This document shows, in pieces, positions 1 through 11,659 of a DNA stretch of 64,000 nt. Every line of letters starts with the position of its first letter. The first letter of the stretch is position 1. The translations under genes and the position numbers were made by a program. The notes below the pieces were generated by a model. The model worked only from the letters and a program-made list of their open reading frames with translations, had not been told where the DNA came from and did not search any database. This DNA comes from Antedon mediterranea. Lineage: Eukaryota > Animalia > Echinodermata. The stretch lies in contig NC_092674.1 in assembly GCF_964355755.1 (NCBI RefSeq), forward strand, positions 10,974,001 to 11,038,000, in the 5' to 3' direction.

Positions 1-656
1 GTAACCCTTCCAGTTTTACCAGGTAGGTTAACAATTATCCAGGGGCCCTATTGATTAATAAATTAAGAATACATTCAACAAATTACAATATCACATAGAG
101 TACAATATAAACAATAACAACCCTGGCATAGTCTTAAGGGTATAAAAAAATTGAATAATTACATTTTAATTTTAATAAAGAACTTTTGTTTAAAATTCAA
201 ATAACAAATGCATTATTTATGGCAATACATTAATGTATCCTTTTTACTTCTTATGCGCATAATATTCAATAATACAAATGCAAATCATATATTAAGTACG
301 ATAGTTCTATAAATAGAATACTATTGGAATTACTTATACAAAAATGAAATAACTACTACAGTATGTAGTCACTGTTTTATGTTGAATAATGTATAGCAGG
401 ATTCGTATATGGAATAGAATATTTGTAATGAAATTTGGCTACAAAATTCAAGCATTTGAAAATGACATCCAATTTTTACATTGTTGATATTTTTTAGTAT
501 ATCTCGCTCTTCGAGGAGAAATATGGCATTTATCGGTTTATCCAGGTAAGCTAGGCACGTAATAGACTACGAATTACAGATATTTTTGATAGTGTAAAGT
601 GTATACTACTTAATTTCAAATTTAAATACAACTTTAAGTACAGAAGAATAAAAGAA

Positions 657-701
657 CCCTTATTTAAGGGACACCCTTATTTAAGGGACACCACTATTTA
701 A
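657..701. repeat. 17-18-bp minisatellite (CCCTATTTAAGGGACAC), left part of the array split by the Kolobok insertion
   Basis: About 2.5 units directly preceding the left TIR. Confidence 0.85.
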
Positions 702-875
702 AGTGCTAGTGCCACACTTTCGACAAATACGACATTTACTATTATCAGTATCAAGAATAATATATGTAGATACTGTGTTAAATTGAGTTTCAATAATAAA
801 GTGTTATATATATGAAAAAAAAAGCAATATGTGTGTCGTTATTTGGTCACGAAATGTTACCTTTCGACATTTGTA

Positions 876-887
876 TGTGACGTCACA
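876..887. promoter_or_regulatory. CRE/ATF-like palindrome TGTGACGTCACA upstream of KolX
   Basis: 12-bp palindrome ~100 bp before the KolX ATG; mirrored near the other element end. Function inferred. Confidence 0.4.
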
Positions 888-983
888 GCCAGAACACCGA
901 CGATCGCGAGGAGGAACTAACCTGCATCTTGCGCCTTATAACACACCCCGCGGCGATCACAACAAGCTTACTGAATATTTGTT

Positions 984-2040
984 ATGGATTCCGAAAGCGA
1001 TTTAGAAAGTGTTTCATCAGATAGACCAAGTAGTAGTAGTTCATCATCAAGTGATGAGGAAAATGGTACTGGCCTTATAATACCATATAATTTCGAACCA
1101 CGTTTTGAGGAACATGAATTACAAGACATTGATGAAGAAGCCCAAGGTGAAGATGTTGACATGATGGCTGCACGCCTGGATAATTTAGAATGGTAGGTGT
1201 TCCCCCGTTGTGGTTGTTGTAGTGAAGCGTCTGCTTGATTGGGCTAGGCCTAATTAATCAATCGAAGCTAGAGCTACCTCAGTGTTTCTAAATTCTAAAT
1301 ATACAATCGGTTTTTTTTTCAAATTTTGTGAGATGCCATACGTTAATATAAAGTCCCCATCGTAATTTGTTTGATGATTATTATTAGATGGGTCGGATTT
1401 GGGACGGTGGTTTAATAATAATAGGCTACTCCTTGCTTGGCTTGGGTTTGGTTATAATAATAGATGGACTAGGCCTAAAGTATTAATATTAATATTCTGG
1501 TCATAGTTCAAATGGGCATTTGAATTTCACTTGATTGAGTGACTGCTGATATGATCAACTAATTATAATCATAATAATTAATTTTATAATGACTAAATAC
1601 ATGTTTTCATCTTGTTCAGGTGTTCCTGTGAACATTGCCAAATCATGGGCTCAGGGGAAGAGTGCATCTGCTGCAAGGAGTGCGAAAACACAAGTGCTAA
1701 ACTTGAAGACAATGTCAATCTGTTCAACAATGATGCTCCATTCTCCTGCATCACAAATCATCCAGGTTTCAAGTCTGTTGCTCTTGACCCTTGGGTGCTG
1801 GAAGTAGCATGGCTTTCGTATAAGCAACACTATGATAAGAAAGTTATCTATAACGGACCAAAAAACAAAAAGTACCGTCACATATCGTACAGACAGTATG
1901 CCCGATGGATACATGGATATGTCGGAAAAAATATCCGTATAGTGCTTCCGTCTTGTGTTGTCTCTTGCATAAGAGCACATTTCCCACCACCTGGAGATGA
2001 CCCAGTGTTTACAGGATTTAAATTACCCGACCTAAATTAA
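984..2040 (+). CDS. KolX accessory protein, P2X7 cytoplasmic-ballast/Nanor-like Cys-rich domain, ~209 aa; exons 984-1192 and 1620-2040
   Basis: GT donor at 1193 and AG acceptor at 1618-1619 join in frame to ...RLDNLEW-CSCEHC...ECICCKE...CITNHPGF...YRHISYRQYARWIHG...RIVLPSCVVSCIRAHFP...FTGF. Acidic/Ser-rich N-terminus with PYNFEP. Confidence 0.85.
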
Positions 2041-2320
2041 AACAGCCATAGCAGCATTTTAATTTTCTTATACTATTTAGTATTAGGTTAATAATTTTTT
2101 GAAATTAAATAAAGTACAGTAATAATTTATACAATTTGCAACTCATTTTGATTTTATTGCTTCTCTCACTCATATACATCTCCAATACATTGTTATTGGG
2201 GAAAAAATGAAATAGTCTGAAAATACAGTACATTGTGGATATTTCAACAATTTTATTATGTCTACAATAATATGCTGTGTTCAATTCATTTATATGATTA
2301 ATAAACATGGTGTCAAGTTA

Positions 2321-5096
2321 TTACTGGTTTTTAAACCGGCTTGTATGTTGGGCAACTGCAGCACTTTTTTCAGGTCTTTCAAATGCTGCGCACAATGATG
2401 GTGGTATGGTCTCTGTAAATGCATCTAGATTTGGTTCCATAACAACCTCAAGAAGACTCTTGAACAACTCATCAACATAATTATATGTACATTCTGTTAA
2501 AAGTTTTTTAACAATGTAACCCCCTTTCTTGTACTTGGGAAATGATATTACGTATTGCTTTTCTCCAGCCTTATTTACCATTTGTTCTCTGGTACTGTTC
2601 TCATTATAGTGAAGAGCAGCTATGAAAAGTCGACTCTTCATTCCACTATATGAAAAGTGGAACATTTTAGGAGCGAAATGATTAATAAGGCTATGGTACC
2701 CTTCCACTGATGACGTTTGCCCATGAGGTGAAGAATTGCGAATGTCCTTCACCAACATTTTGGTTTCAACAAATTTTTGTAAGGCATCACAAGCTTCAGT
2801 ATCAGCAGTCAACCACTTTGTTAACCGTTGGTCTGAAGGAGACATTACCGGATGGGCACATTCCGTATATGGTTCAGGATGTCCAGTATGAAGATTTTGT
2901 ACATGTCTTACCACAGACTTCCACTTTGCTTCAATGATATCTTTTTCATCAATGTTGGTGGACATTACACACCAGTAATAATGGTTAGAAATAGATTTTT
3001 GCCAATTACCTAAAAGGTTACACGATTTTTTTGTTGATATGGCCTGGATCTTTTTCTTAATACTTTTTGCAATGTGCCAGCAGTCAAAATAATGCTTAAT
3101 GTCTGGAAAATTATCCCTTAAATATTTTTGTAGTTGTCTATGTCTATCGGAAACAATTGTACTTATATTTACTTTGAAATCTTTAAAGACATCCAATGTT
3201 TTTTGTAGACCCTTAAGTTCCATATGATAAGATGATTTAACATCACTACTCTGAACTAATTCAACATTCAAAATCTTATTTTCGGTCAAGTCAACTGATG
3301 TGTATGAACCATATTTTGCACTGTGGCCCATACTGTCACAGCGTCCATCTACGCCAATAGAAATATCCTTGCCCTGTAATTCAGCAAAGTGCTTATCCCT
3401 TTTAGAAAACCAATTATTCCTTACAACTCTGTGCAAGAAATTTTGTTGGTGACGGAAAAAAGTACGTTTACTAATGGCGCTCACATTTATACTTTTTAGC
3501 GCTCTTAAAAATTGTGTGGGTGTTGAGCCAGAAAAAAGAATAGCCCCACTTAGTAGAATGTTACCCATTGGGGTACCTCTAGCTTCTGGCTGACTTTTCC
3601 ACTCGCGGTTAGTGTGGCAACATAAGCATCTTATGTTTGCAATAAGCATGCTTCCCTTGTTACGACAACATACTTGAACTTTACTGGAAAAACAGGAAAG
3701 GCATATAGAAAGTAGCATCAGTAGGTGATTGTGAAAAACAATGTATTTTGGCTGTCTATGTGCATCCCCATTAAATCCTTTCATCTCATCATCTTCCATC
3801 TCTGTATCCTCACCATCTGAAACCGATACATCCTCTTCCGGTCGATAATCTGAATCGCTATCATCTTCTGTCGACTCATCAAAATCTTCATCATCTTCAT
3901 CAGACGATTGTTCTTTGTATGTTGGTTTGGCTTTTTTGGGTGCCACGACTTTAGCTTTGCTCATTTTTCGTCGCCGAACACGTTTTCTTTGCTTTCGTGT
4001 CTGTGTGCCTCTGGACACCATAAGAGGCTTATCGCATACACTTGCCAGCTCCTGTTCATCCTCTTCCTCATCCTCTGTTCCAGTAATAAGCTCCCTGATC
4101 ACTCCCGCCTTTTCTCTTTTAACAAATGCTGACCTGTTGGAATGAATATTAATACTATTAATAAATAAATATCAGACAAACCTAAACATTTTTTCTTTTA
4201 TTTATTGAATCTATTACACTAACCTCTGTGCTGTACACTCTTTGGCCACCTGACCACCATCGTCGGATGTCTCCCTCACAACATGTATTGTTGGTACCGC
4301 TGTTTTGGCATTCAGTAAAAGCCTAAAAGTAGTGAGGAAACCGTTGTCTAGTTAATATTAAGGGCAAAATAACGTAAGCAATATAATTATAATATAGTTG
4401 TTAGTTCCCACTTACACCGACAGGACATTCTCCTACTGAGCATAATAGTGTAGGCATTGACTAACCTCCATCATGTTTGTACAGCATTCAGTAGTACTAA
4501 TTAGGCCTGGCTAGGCTAGCCCTTATCCCATTATTATTAATGTAATAAGCCAAATACATAACAACTAGGTTAGGCCTAGTTGAGTTATCTGTGTGGTGTA
4601 GGCAAAACTGTTACTATTACTTATTAATTATGTTAAGTTTATTTAAAGATAAACCAACATAAAGTAAATACTATACATATATATCAGGCGGAGCAACTGT
4701 ACTCTGTATGTATGTACAGTAGTTTTAATGTTACTGCAAATTATGTGCCGGCGCGCCTAGAAGCTAGGCTTGGCCCAGCGGGCCCAGCAGGCCTAACAAT
4801 AGCGACGGCGAACGTATTTTATGCAGTTTTTGTTGAAGGTAAAATATTAAAAGTAAATTCATCTAATTAACAAATACTTACTTTGTAGCTAGACCAGCTT
4901 TGAATTGACCCATGTTTGTAAATGAATCGTCTGAAAAATGCTTAAAACAGAGCACTGATCGAGCTGTGGGTTTCCATTTATCGCGTTTTGTACGTACAAA
5001 TCGCGTCCATTGCCTGGCGATGGAACTGTCCTTTGGCCACCGAAACAATAAGTTATTTTCATGATCACAATTCGCAGCAACACAGCGAGAAGGCAT
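2321..5096 (-). CDS. Kolobok transposase with N-terminal THAP zinc finger and DDE core, ~708 aa; exons 5096-4882, 4322-4224, 4133-2321
   Basis: Exon 1 MPSRCVAANC...FRWP...W...LCFKHF is a THAP C2CH domain; exon 2 supplies the AVPTI box; exon 3 has an acidic tract, CxxC motifs and catalytic-type motifs DGRCDSMGHSAKY, VSDRH, FDCWH, TSSVEGYHS. All junctions are GT-AG and phase-compatible (215+99+1813 nt). Confidence 0.9.
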
Positions 5097-5267
5097 ATTG
5101 ATTTATTATAATAGATAAATAAAAAAGTAGCTGACAATAATAATAGTTGAAAATAACAATTAGTACCAGTAGAAAGCAGTATACAGTATATATTATTAGT
5201 AGTAAACCAGCGTCTCATGCATGCACGTGTGTTGTTTTAAAAGGCGGAAGTAGAATGTCTTCTGCCT

Positions 5268-5277
5268 GTGACGTCAC
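5268..5277. promoter_or_regulatory. CRE/ATF-like palindrome GTGACGTCAC upstream of the transposase
   Basis: 10-bp palindrome ~170 bp before the transposase ATG (5096). Function inferred. Confidence 0.4.
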
Positions 5278-5437
5278 GCTTATAAAGTACGAGGGCATAT
5301 TAACGTTCCTAATTAAGAGGCGATTACGGCCATACCGTTAAAAGTAGGTCAATGCAAATTTCGGTCAAGATTTATAGACATTAAGTCTACCCAAAAAATC
5401 ATTAATATCTTAATTTAAAGGCTGTGGCACTAGCACT

Positions 5438-5920
5438 TTAAGGGACATCCCTATTTAAGGGACACCCCTATTTAAGAGACACCCCTATTTAAGGGACACC
5501 CCTATTTAAGGGACACCCCTATTTAAGGGACACCCACTAGTTAAGAGACACCCCTATTTAAGGGACACCTCTATTTAAGGGACACCCCTATTTAAGGGAC
5601 ACCCCTATTTAAGAGACACCCCTATTTAAAGGACACCTCTATTATGCATGCATTTCTTTAATCATGGACCATTTGTAAGAACATTATTTTTAATGAAAAT
5701 ATCATCCATGTAAAATACGTTTGCAAATAAATAAGGGACACCCATATTTAAGGGACACCCATATTTAAGGGACACCACTATTTAAGGGACATCCCTATTT
5801 AAGGGACACCCCTATTTAAGGGACACCCCTATTTAAGGGACATCCCTTGTATTTAAGGAACATCCCTCTTTAAGGGACACCCCTATTTAAGGGACAGCCC
5901 TATTTAAGGGACATTCCCAT
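5438..5920. repeat. 17-18-bp minisatellite (CCCCTATTTAAGGGACAC), two blocks at ~5438-5643 and ~5731-5920
   Basis: About 20 slightly variable tandem units; each contains a small CCCT-ATTTA-AGGG inverted repeat around a TTAA. Confidence 0.92.
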
Positions 5921-7312
5921 TATTTACTATTTAACACATTTGGTCAGTACAGTATATCATGAGTCAGTGATAACAATTAATCAATACATTAACACATTAA
6001 TTTTATACTGTAATGTGTACATTTGAAAATTGTTATTGATTTAATTTCTAAACTCAATTTACAATATGTCATCAACAAACATAATAAAATGCAAATAGTT
6101 GAATGTGTATATTATGTAGCAGTATCATTTACTAATGATTGATACCCTACAGTAGCATCAATCATAAACTAATTAATACTAGGTAATAATTAATAATTAA
6201 CCAAACATACTACATACCGTACTTATTAATGATTTTGATTGCTTATTATTAAACCGCAAAATTATAGACTATTATCGACTATTGTCTTAATTTGGTCTTC
6301 CGCTAAAATATATTTTCTACATTCTTTTAACAAATTCAAGGGTATTTTTGGTTAAATTTTACCGTTTATTTTGTCTTTTATAAAGTGAAATTATTATTTT
6401 TGTGCAAAATAGAGTATTCAAAGTCTGATTTTATTAATACCGTATTCATTTTTCAAGTTTGATTGGCTCCTGAAAAAAAAATTTAAGTGGGAAATAATGG
6501 GGAATTTTTGACATTGTGCAAGAATAAATGACCTTGAATAAAGAGACCAGAAACGAAAAGTTTAAGTTACTGTAAATTACCAATATATTGATAATTATAG
6601 CAATGACTGATCATAAATGTTTCGTACGCACCTAGCTTTCACATACTAAATCACAAAAATGTAGAATGAACTCTGAAGACGAAGCTTCCAGTTTAAGAGA
6701 CGAATGAAGTTATCGCAATGTTGACGTCATTTAAACGTCACTCTTAAAACATTAAATTGGAAAGATTATATCAAGTACTTCTCTGAAACCATGGTAAAAG
6801 TACTTTGTTAGTCGTTTCAGTTGAAACATTATCAACAGTAGTATTAGTGCAATTTAAATCGTGATAAGACATTAGAAATATTGAGTATCATAATAATTAT
6901 AATGCTCTTCTGACGCAAATATTTTTAACATACATACGTAAAAATACCAGTCAAAAATTTGAAATATTTATTGAACAATTAAATATACACTAAAGTACTT
7001 TATTACTTTTTTTAATTTTTAAAACGGTTTTCGCTCTATTTGTTAAATGCATTGTATTTCTTTGACCTTTAGCACCCAAAAATCTGGCTCCATGTATATG
7101 GTAATAACCTTTTATTTATTTGTTTATTGATCAATCAGTCATCTTAATGGTAAACCCACTCAATGATAAAAGCGCTACAGGGTTAAATTCAGTCAAAATT
7201 AAACAAATCTCATGAGGTTTAAAATGTCCCAAATTTCTATTAAAGATATATTGTCCCCTGAAAAAATAATTGTTTTAAATGCGAGGTATAAAATGTCCCA
7301 AATTTTTTTTAA

Positions 7313-7674
7313 AGATGTATTGTCTTCTGAAAAAAATAACTTTTTAAAATGTTTTTGTTGAATATTCCATTTTAATGATTGTCTCATAATAATAGTTAAT
7401 AGTAATATCCACTTTGACCAAAAATTGGATTAAAAAAAATTATTTACCTGAAAAAACTGTAATATCAAGCAAAAAATAGTAAAATTTACTGGAAGTCAAT
7501 GGGTTTTTGCTTGAATTTAACTGTTTATTTTGTCATAGTGAAAACATATTTTTTCGGTTTTTTTTTCATACTGTATGGAAGTGATTAATTTTGTTTAAAC
7601 TACAAAATGGCCTATTCAAAGTCTGATTTATTATATTCATTTCATATTTCATGTTTTTGGGGTTTAATACATCT
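7313..7674. mobile_element. Non-autonomous Kolobok-type MITE
   Basis: TTAA|AGATGTATTG ... AATACATCT|TTAA; the 5' end is partly duplicated at ~7243-7300; related internal sequence recurs at ~6330-6480, ~21350-21540 and ~42869-43140. Confidence 0.65.
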
Positions 7675-10600
7675 TTAATTAAACTAGCAGTTGGTTTGGC
7701 AAACTAGTTCACAGATTTTTCATAAAAGTTAATATAACATGTAAATAAAATTAATTATAAAATACAATTGTTTTCTTACTGTAAAAAAAAATTAAATTGA
7801 TAGTTTCATGTCCAGAATTTGATATTTGTTAGGCCTTTACTAGCTAATTGATAACAACATGAGAATGATTTTAGAAGTCTAGTTGCTGGAATAACTGTGA
7901 TCATGTTATTTTTATGACAAATGAATGATTTTTACATGTTTTTTATTGAAATTTTTTGAGGAAATCGCAAATAGTAAAATAAAATCCATGCGGCTTCTAA
8001 ATATGAGCGAGGATTCTACTATACATTTACAGTAAGGGTAATTTAAAGCTTTGGGTGTGGTGTAATGGCAGTTATTTTTAGCATCTATGTGTCATACCTT
8101 TTAACAATGAGCGATGGGGGTACAAATAAGGGCTGAAATACAAACTACAGATGCAAACGCTTGTCTTCAGGAAATTGGCCATAATCATCATACAGGGCAA
8201 AAAAGGACACACAGGGTCGCGTGACATGCATAAAGGCCAACTGGCCTTTGCAAGACATTCATGAAGCAAGTGCAAGACCCTTTTTTTCACTCCAAACAAA
8301 TATTGCATTATTATTCAATATTAATACGCTGCATATTTTATCTATTTTTCAAGTTTATATTTTATAATGTACATATATTTGTTAGCTCAATCCATATTTA
8401 AATACAGTAAATTGTCTTTCTAATCCTTCTATACACAAAATGTGGAAAATATCAAAGCTGGTTCTAAATATAGCCTAAGTAATCGTTTAGCAATTCAATT
8501 TCAAAAGAGGAAATGAAGATGCGAGGCGAAAAGCAGATAATGACCTTTGTGGTCGAAAGACATAGAGCAAGAGCCTTCTTCTCGTTGTTAAATTAAGGCA
8601 CTCTTTCAATAGACGACGAATCTTTTAGTTTTCGGACCTGTATAATTGTAAAAACCTAAAAAATCAGTCAAGAACTGTTGACAATCAGTCTGCTCCAAGA
8701 TCAATGCTTCCTGTTAACAGGTTCAAAGGTCACATAGAACCATGAATTATAATGCGCTTATTTAAAATATGCAACAGAATTGTCAAATAGCATTAGACAA
8801 TTCCATATTCAGATTAATTATAGTTATTTAGAACAATTAAAGAAAGGGAAGTTGTTCTCTCTAAACGCTAGTCATACGTTAACAATTCAGCATAGACCAC
8901 CATTTTAATTTAGACCTTATGAAAACATTTCTCACCTAATTAAAATAAATCACTAAATAAAAAAAAAAACACCTCAATTTAATTGAAATGAATGAAGACA
9001 TCCGTGTCATCAATTAAGCCTATTTTATATGTTTCTTCATCTAAACATATTGCAGAGAAAAAGCTACCTCTTCAATTATAAACAAATACAGGGTATACTG
9101 TAAATAAAGGTACTAAATTTAAGGGTGTAGGATGGACGATCATTTATGCTGTCTTTGATAAAAAATATTTTCTTATTATCTAATCAAAAGACGTCATGAT
9201 CAAGAAGAAATAAACAGCATTTTGTATGCATTTTTTGCTATACCGTTTGAATGTAATAAGGTTTTCGCGCCGCGTCTATATTCAAGAGGAAGAAAAGTGT
9301 ATCACGGAGAAGCTATACAGTAGTTTAAACTCAAAGCGCATCTGGGAGAAAAGAGATGTATGCAGATAGTTTAGTAGTCAAGAACTGTTCAATTAACAAT
9401 GTATTCGTTTTGGTTGGTCCTATACAATGCACAATACACAATATTACTTGCCAGTAAACTTCTAAAAGATGTGTACTTTGGCTGCCGTTGGTTTGTGTAT
9501 AAAAGGACTACAATAATCTAAATTTTTGTGAATGAGGATAATTATAATAACATTAAAATAAAAGGCATTACATAAATATTATACAGTAATTTTATAGGTA
9601 AATGTACTACTACAATTTTATATTGAAAGTAAAACTAAATCGTAGACCTGTATTAAAATACATGATTCCAAGTATTTCATAAGGAATGCAATGTTTTAAT
9701 AATTTTGTTAAATATTAACTGTATTTTAAGTTGACAGACAAGTGGAGTACTTGAATGCTATACCACTTGTATACTTTAAAATATTGTCTGCTTCTCACGT
9801 AACATAGTACTGTTAAGTGCATCTAAGTATCTTAATATTTTGATGGTATTGTGTCTTTAAAAGGCTTTTTAATTAAAAATAGAGTGTACATTTACTTGGT
9901 TCATTTCAGACATAAATCTGTCAATATCAAAAATCAATATTATAAACACCTACTGTAAATACATTCCTGTTATTTGATTACACAATTGTGGGTCAAATGG
10001 AGTGCAATAGTATGTACTATGTAACGATCATGCAATAGTACTTTTGTTTCCATTTTTTTCTTGTACGAAAAAAAATCTTATCGTGTATGAAAAAAAAATT
10101 GCATGAAATCCAATAGCAGCACCGTTTGTTGTTCTTCAAACATACAGTAAGCAGAGACGCTCACAATGCAATCGCTCCTTCACAACAACGGCAATGACAA
10201 GAATCTACTGCGATGCAACCTTGAATGAGTATCCCAAAAAAAAACCACCTTGTTGGTTTATCTAGGTAAGCAGAACAATAGTTCTGAGTTACTTTAGGCA
10301 TTTTATCGAATGCAAAATGATCTGTCTACTGTATAATCTGACTAGTATTATACAGGGTAAGACATTTTTGGAATATAACTCTGGTCAAATCTCACTCATA
10401 AGTTCATAAGAGTTGAGCTAATTTATGTCTAAAGAGGTGCGAAAGTAAAAGGGATGTTGGGGGTAACAAATGTGTGCTAAACATTCTGAAATATAAAGTA
10501 TTAAAAATAATAAATCATGCTCGTATAACACTGATGAATTTCTGTAAATTTATATTTCAAAACATGGGATACCTTTATTTAAAAATCCCGAATCCACCTT

Positions 10601-11659
10601 GAGATTGCTTATTTTTAAAATGATTAACTAGTAACATAATAGTAAACTATTCGAGGAGGCACAGGAGGATGTTTAGTACTGTATCTTGCGATAGAAAAGT
10701 CCCATTCATCCATTGGTTTTACTGAAACACACACTTTACATTTACATTGCAAACAGTTACTACATGTGAAATCAGCTTGCCTCTGAACCTGCACGTTATT
10801 AAACAATAATTAATGATTATGGGTATCAAAAGATTTCATACAAAGCAATGCCTGATATTTGTTAGTTAATCCAATCAATATTCTTTGATGCATTTCCAAG
10901 AAACACAATCTATACCTGAAAACATAATTTATGTACTGTAGTTTTGTATTGTTTTTGTTTTAATGTGAATGAATTATGCATGCGAGCTAAAAATAGATAC
11001 TGTAGTATACGCGGTGGAATGTCAATTTAAACATTGATCAGAACATTAGTTACTCTACGTAAAAAAGGGATCGTCTCAAAATATTATTCTGTAGAATCCG
11101 CATGGAAACAAATGTCATTCCAACAAAATACTGTAATGATGAATATGTAAATGAGATGAGTGTTAAAAATTACACCTAGATTCTTAATGAATTGGCTGTC
11201 AATGTAGGATGATTTATTGTATGGTTTATGATTTCTTTGTCTCAGATAAAGACTGTTGCTGAACCAAGATAAAATAAAATGTGTAAAAATGTAGTTAAAA
11301 TATCAAGTACAGATCTGTGCTATGTGGATGTCCATCGATGGCAACCTTTGAAGAGTCTTCATCAAAATGTTATGGCCTTCTGTTATTCCAAAACAGCACT
11401 GCAAATAAAACTAAAACCCCTTTGTAGGTACAGTAGGGTTTTAGTTCCCCCCCTTTGACACACCCTTTCTACACTTCTATACTAACTGTACTGTATATCG
11501 CAGTGGAACTTAAAAAGATGTAATCCGATTCATAACCGATACTTAACACAACTGTTCAGGGAAGCAAGAAAACGATTGACAAAAACTTTAGACAGTAGCT
11601 TTTTTTCTTGACTGAAAAAGGATTTTATCACACCAGGTGTAAAAATAAACATGTCTTAC

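Larger units (their letters stand above)
702..5437 (-). mobile_element. Autonomous Kolobok-superfamily DNA transposon (THAP-DDE transposase + KolX), apparently intact
   Basis: Perfect 15-bp TIRs AGTGCTAGTGCCACA (702-716) / TGTGGCACTAGCACT (5423-5437); TTAA duplicated on both sides (698-701, 5438-5441); 5'-AG..CT-3' termini; two convergent spliced ORFs matching the Kolobok transposase + KolX layout. Confidence 0.92.

Noticed and set aside
1612-2040. Host P2X7 purinoceptor gene
   Set aside because: No transmembrane or ectodomain exons; the ballast-like domain is free-standing and lies inside transposon TIRs.
702-5437. piggyBac (TTAA TSD) or P element (THAP) assignment
   Set aside because: Ends are AG..CT rather than CCY..RGG, the TSD is 4 bp rather than 8 bp, and the transposase motifs plus the second gene fit Kolobok.
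5950-11600. Additional ADCY9 coding exons
   Set aside because: No cyclase or transmembrane peptide with proper splice sites was found; the short ORFs here look like AT-rich noise.
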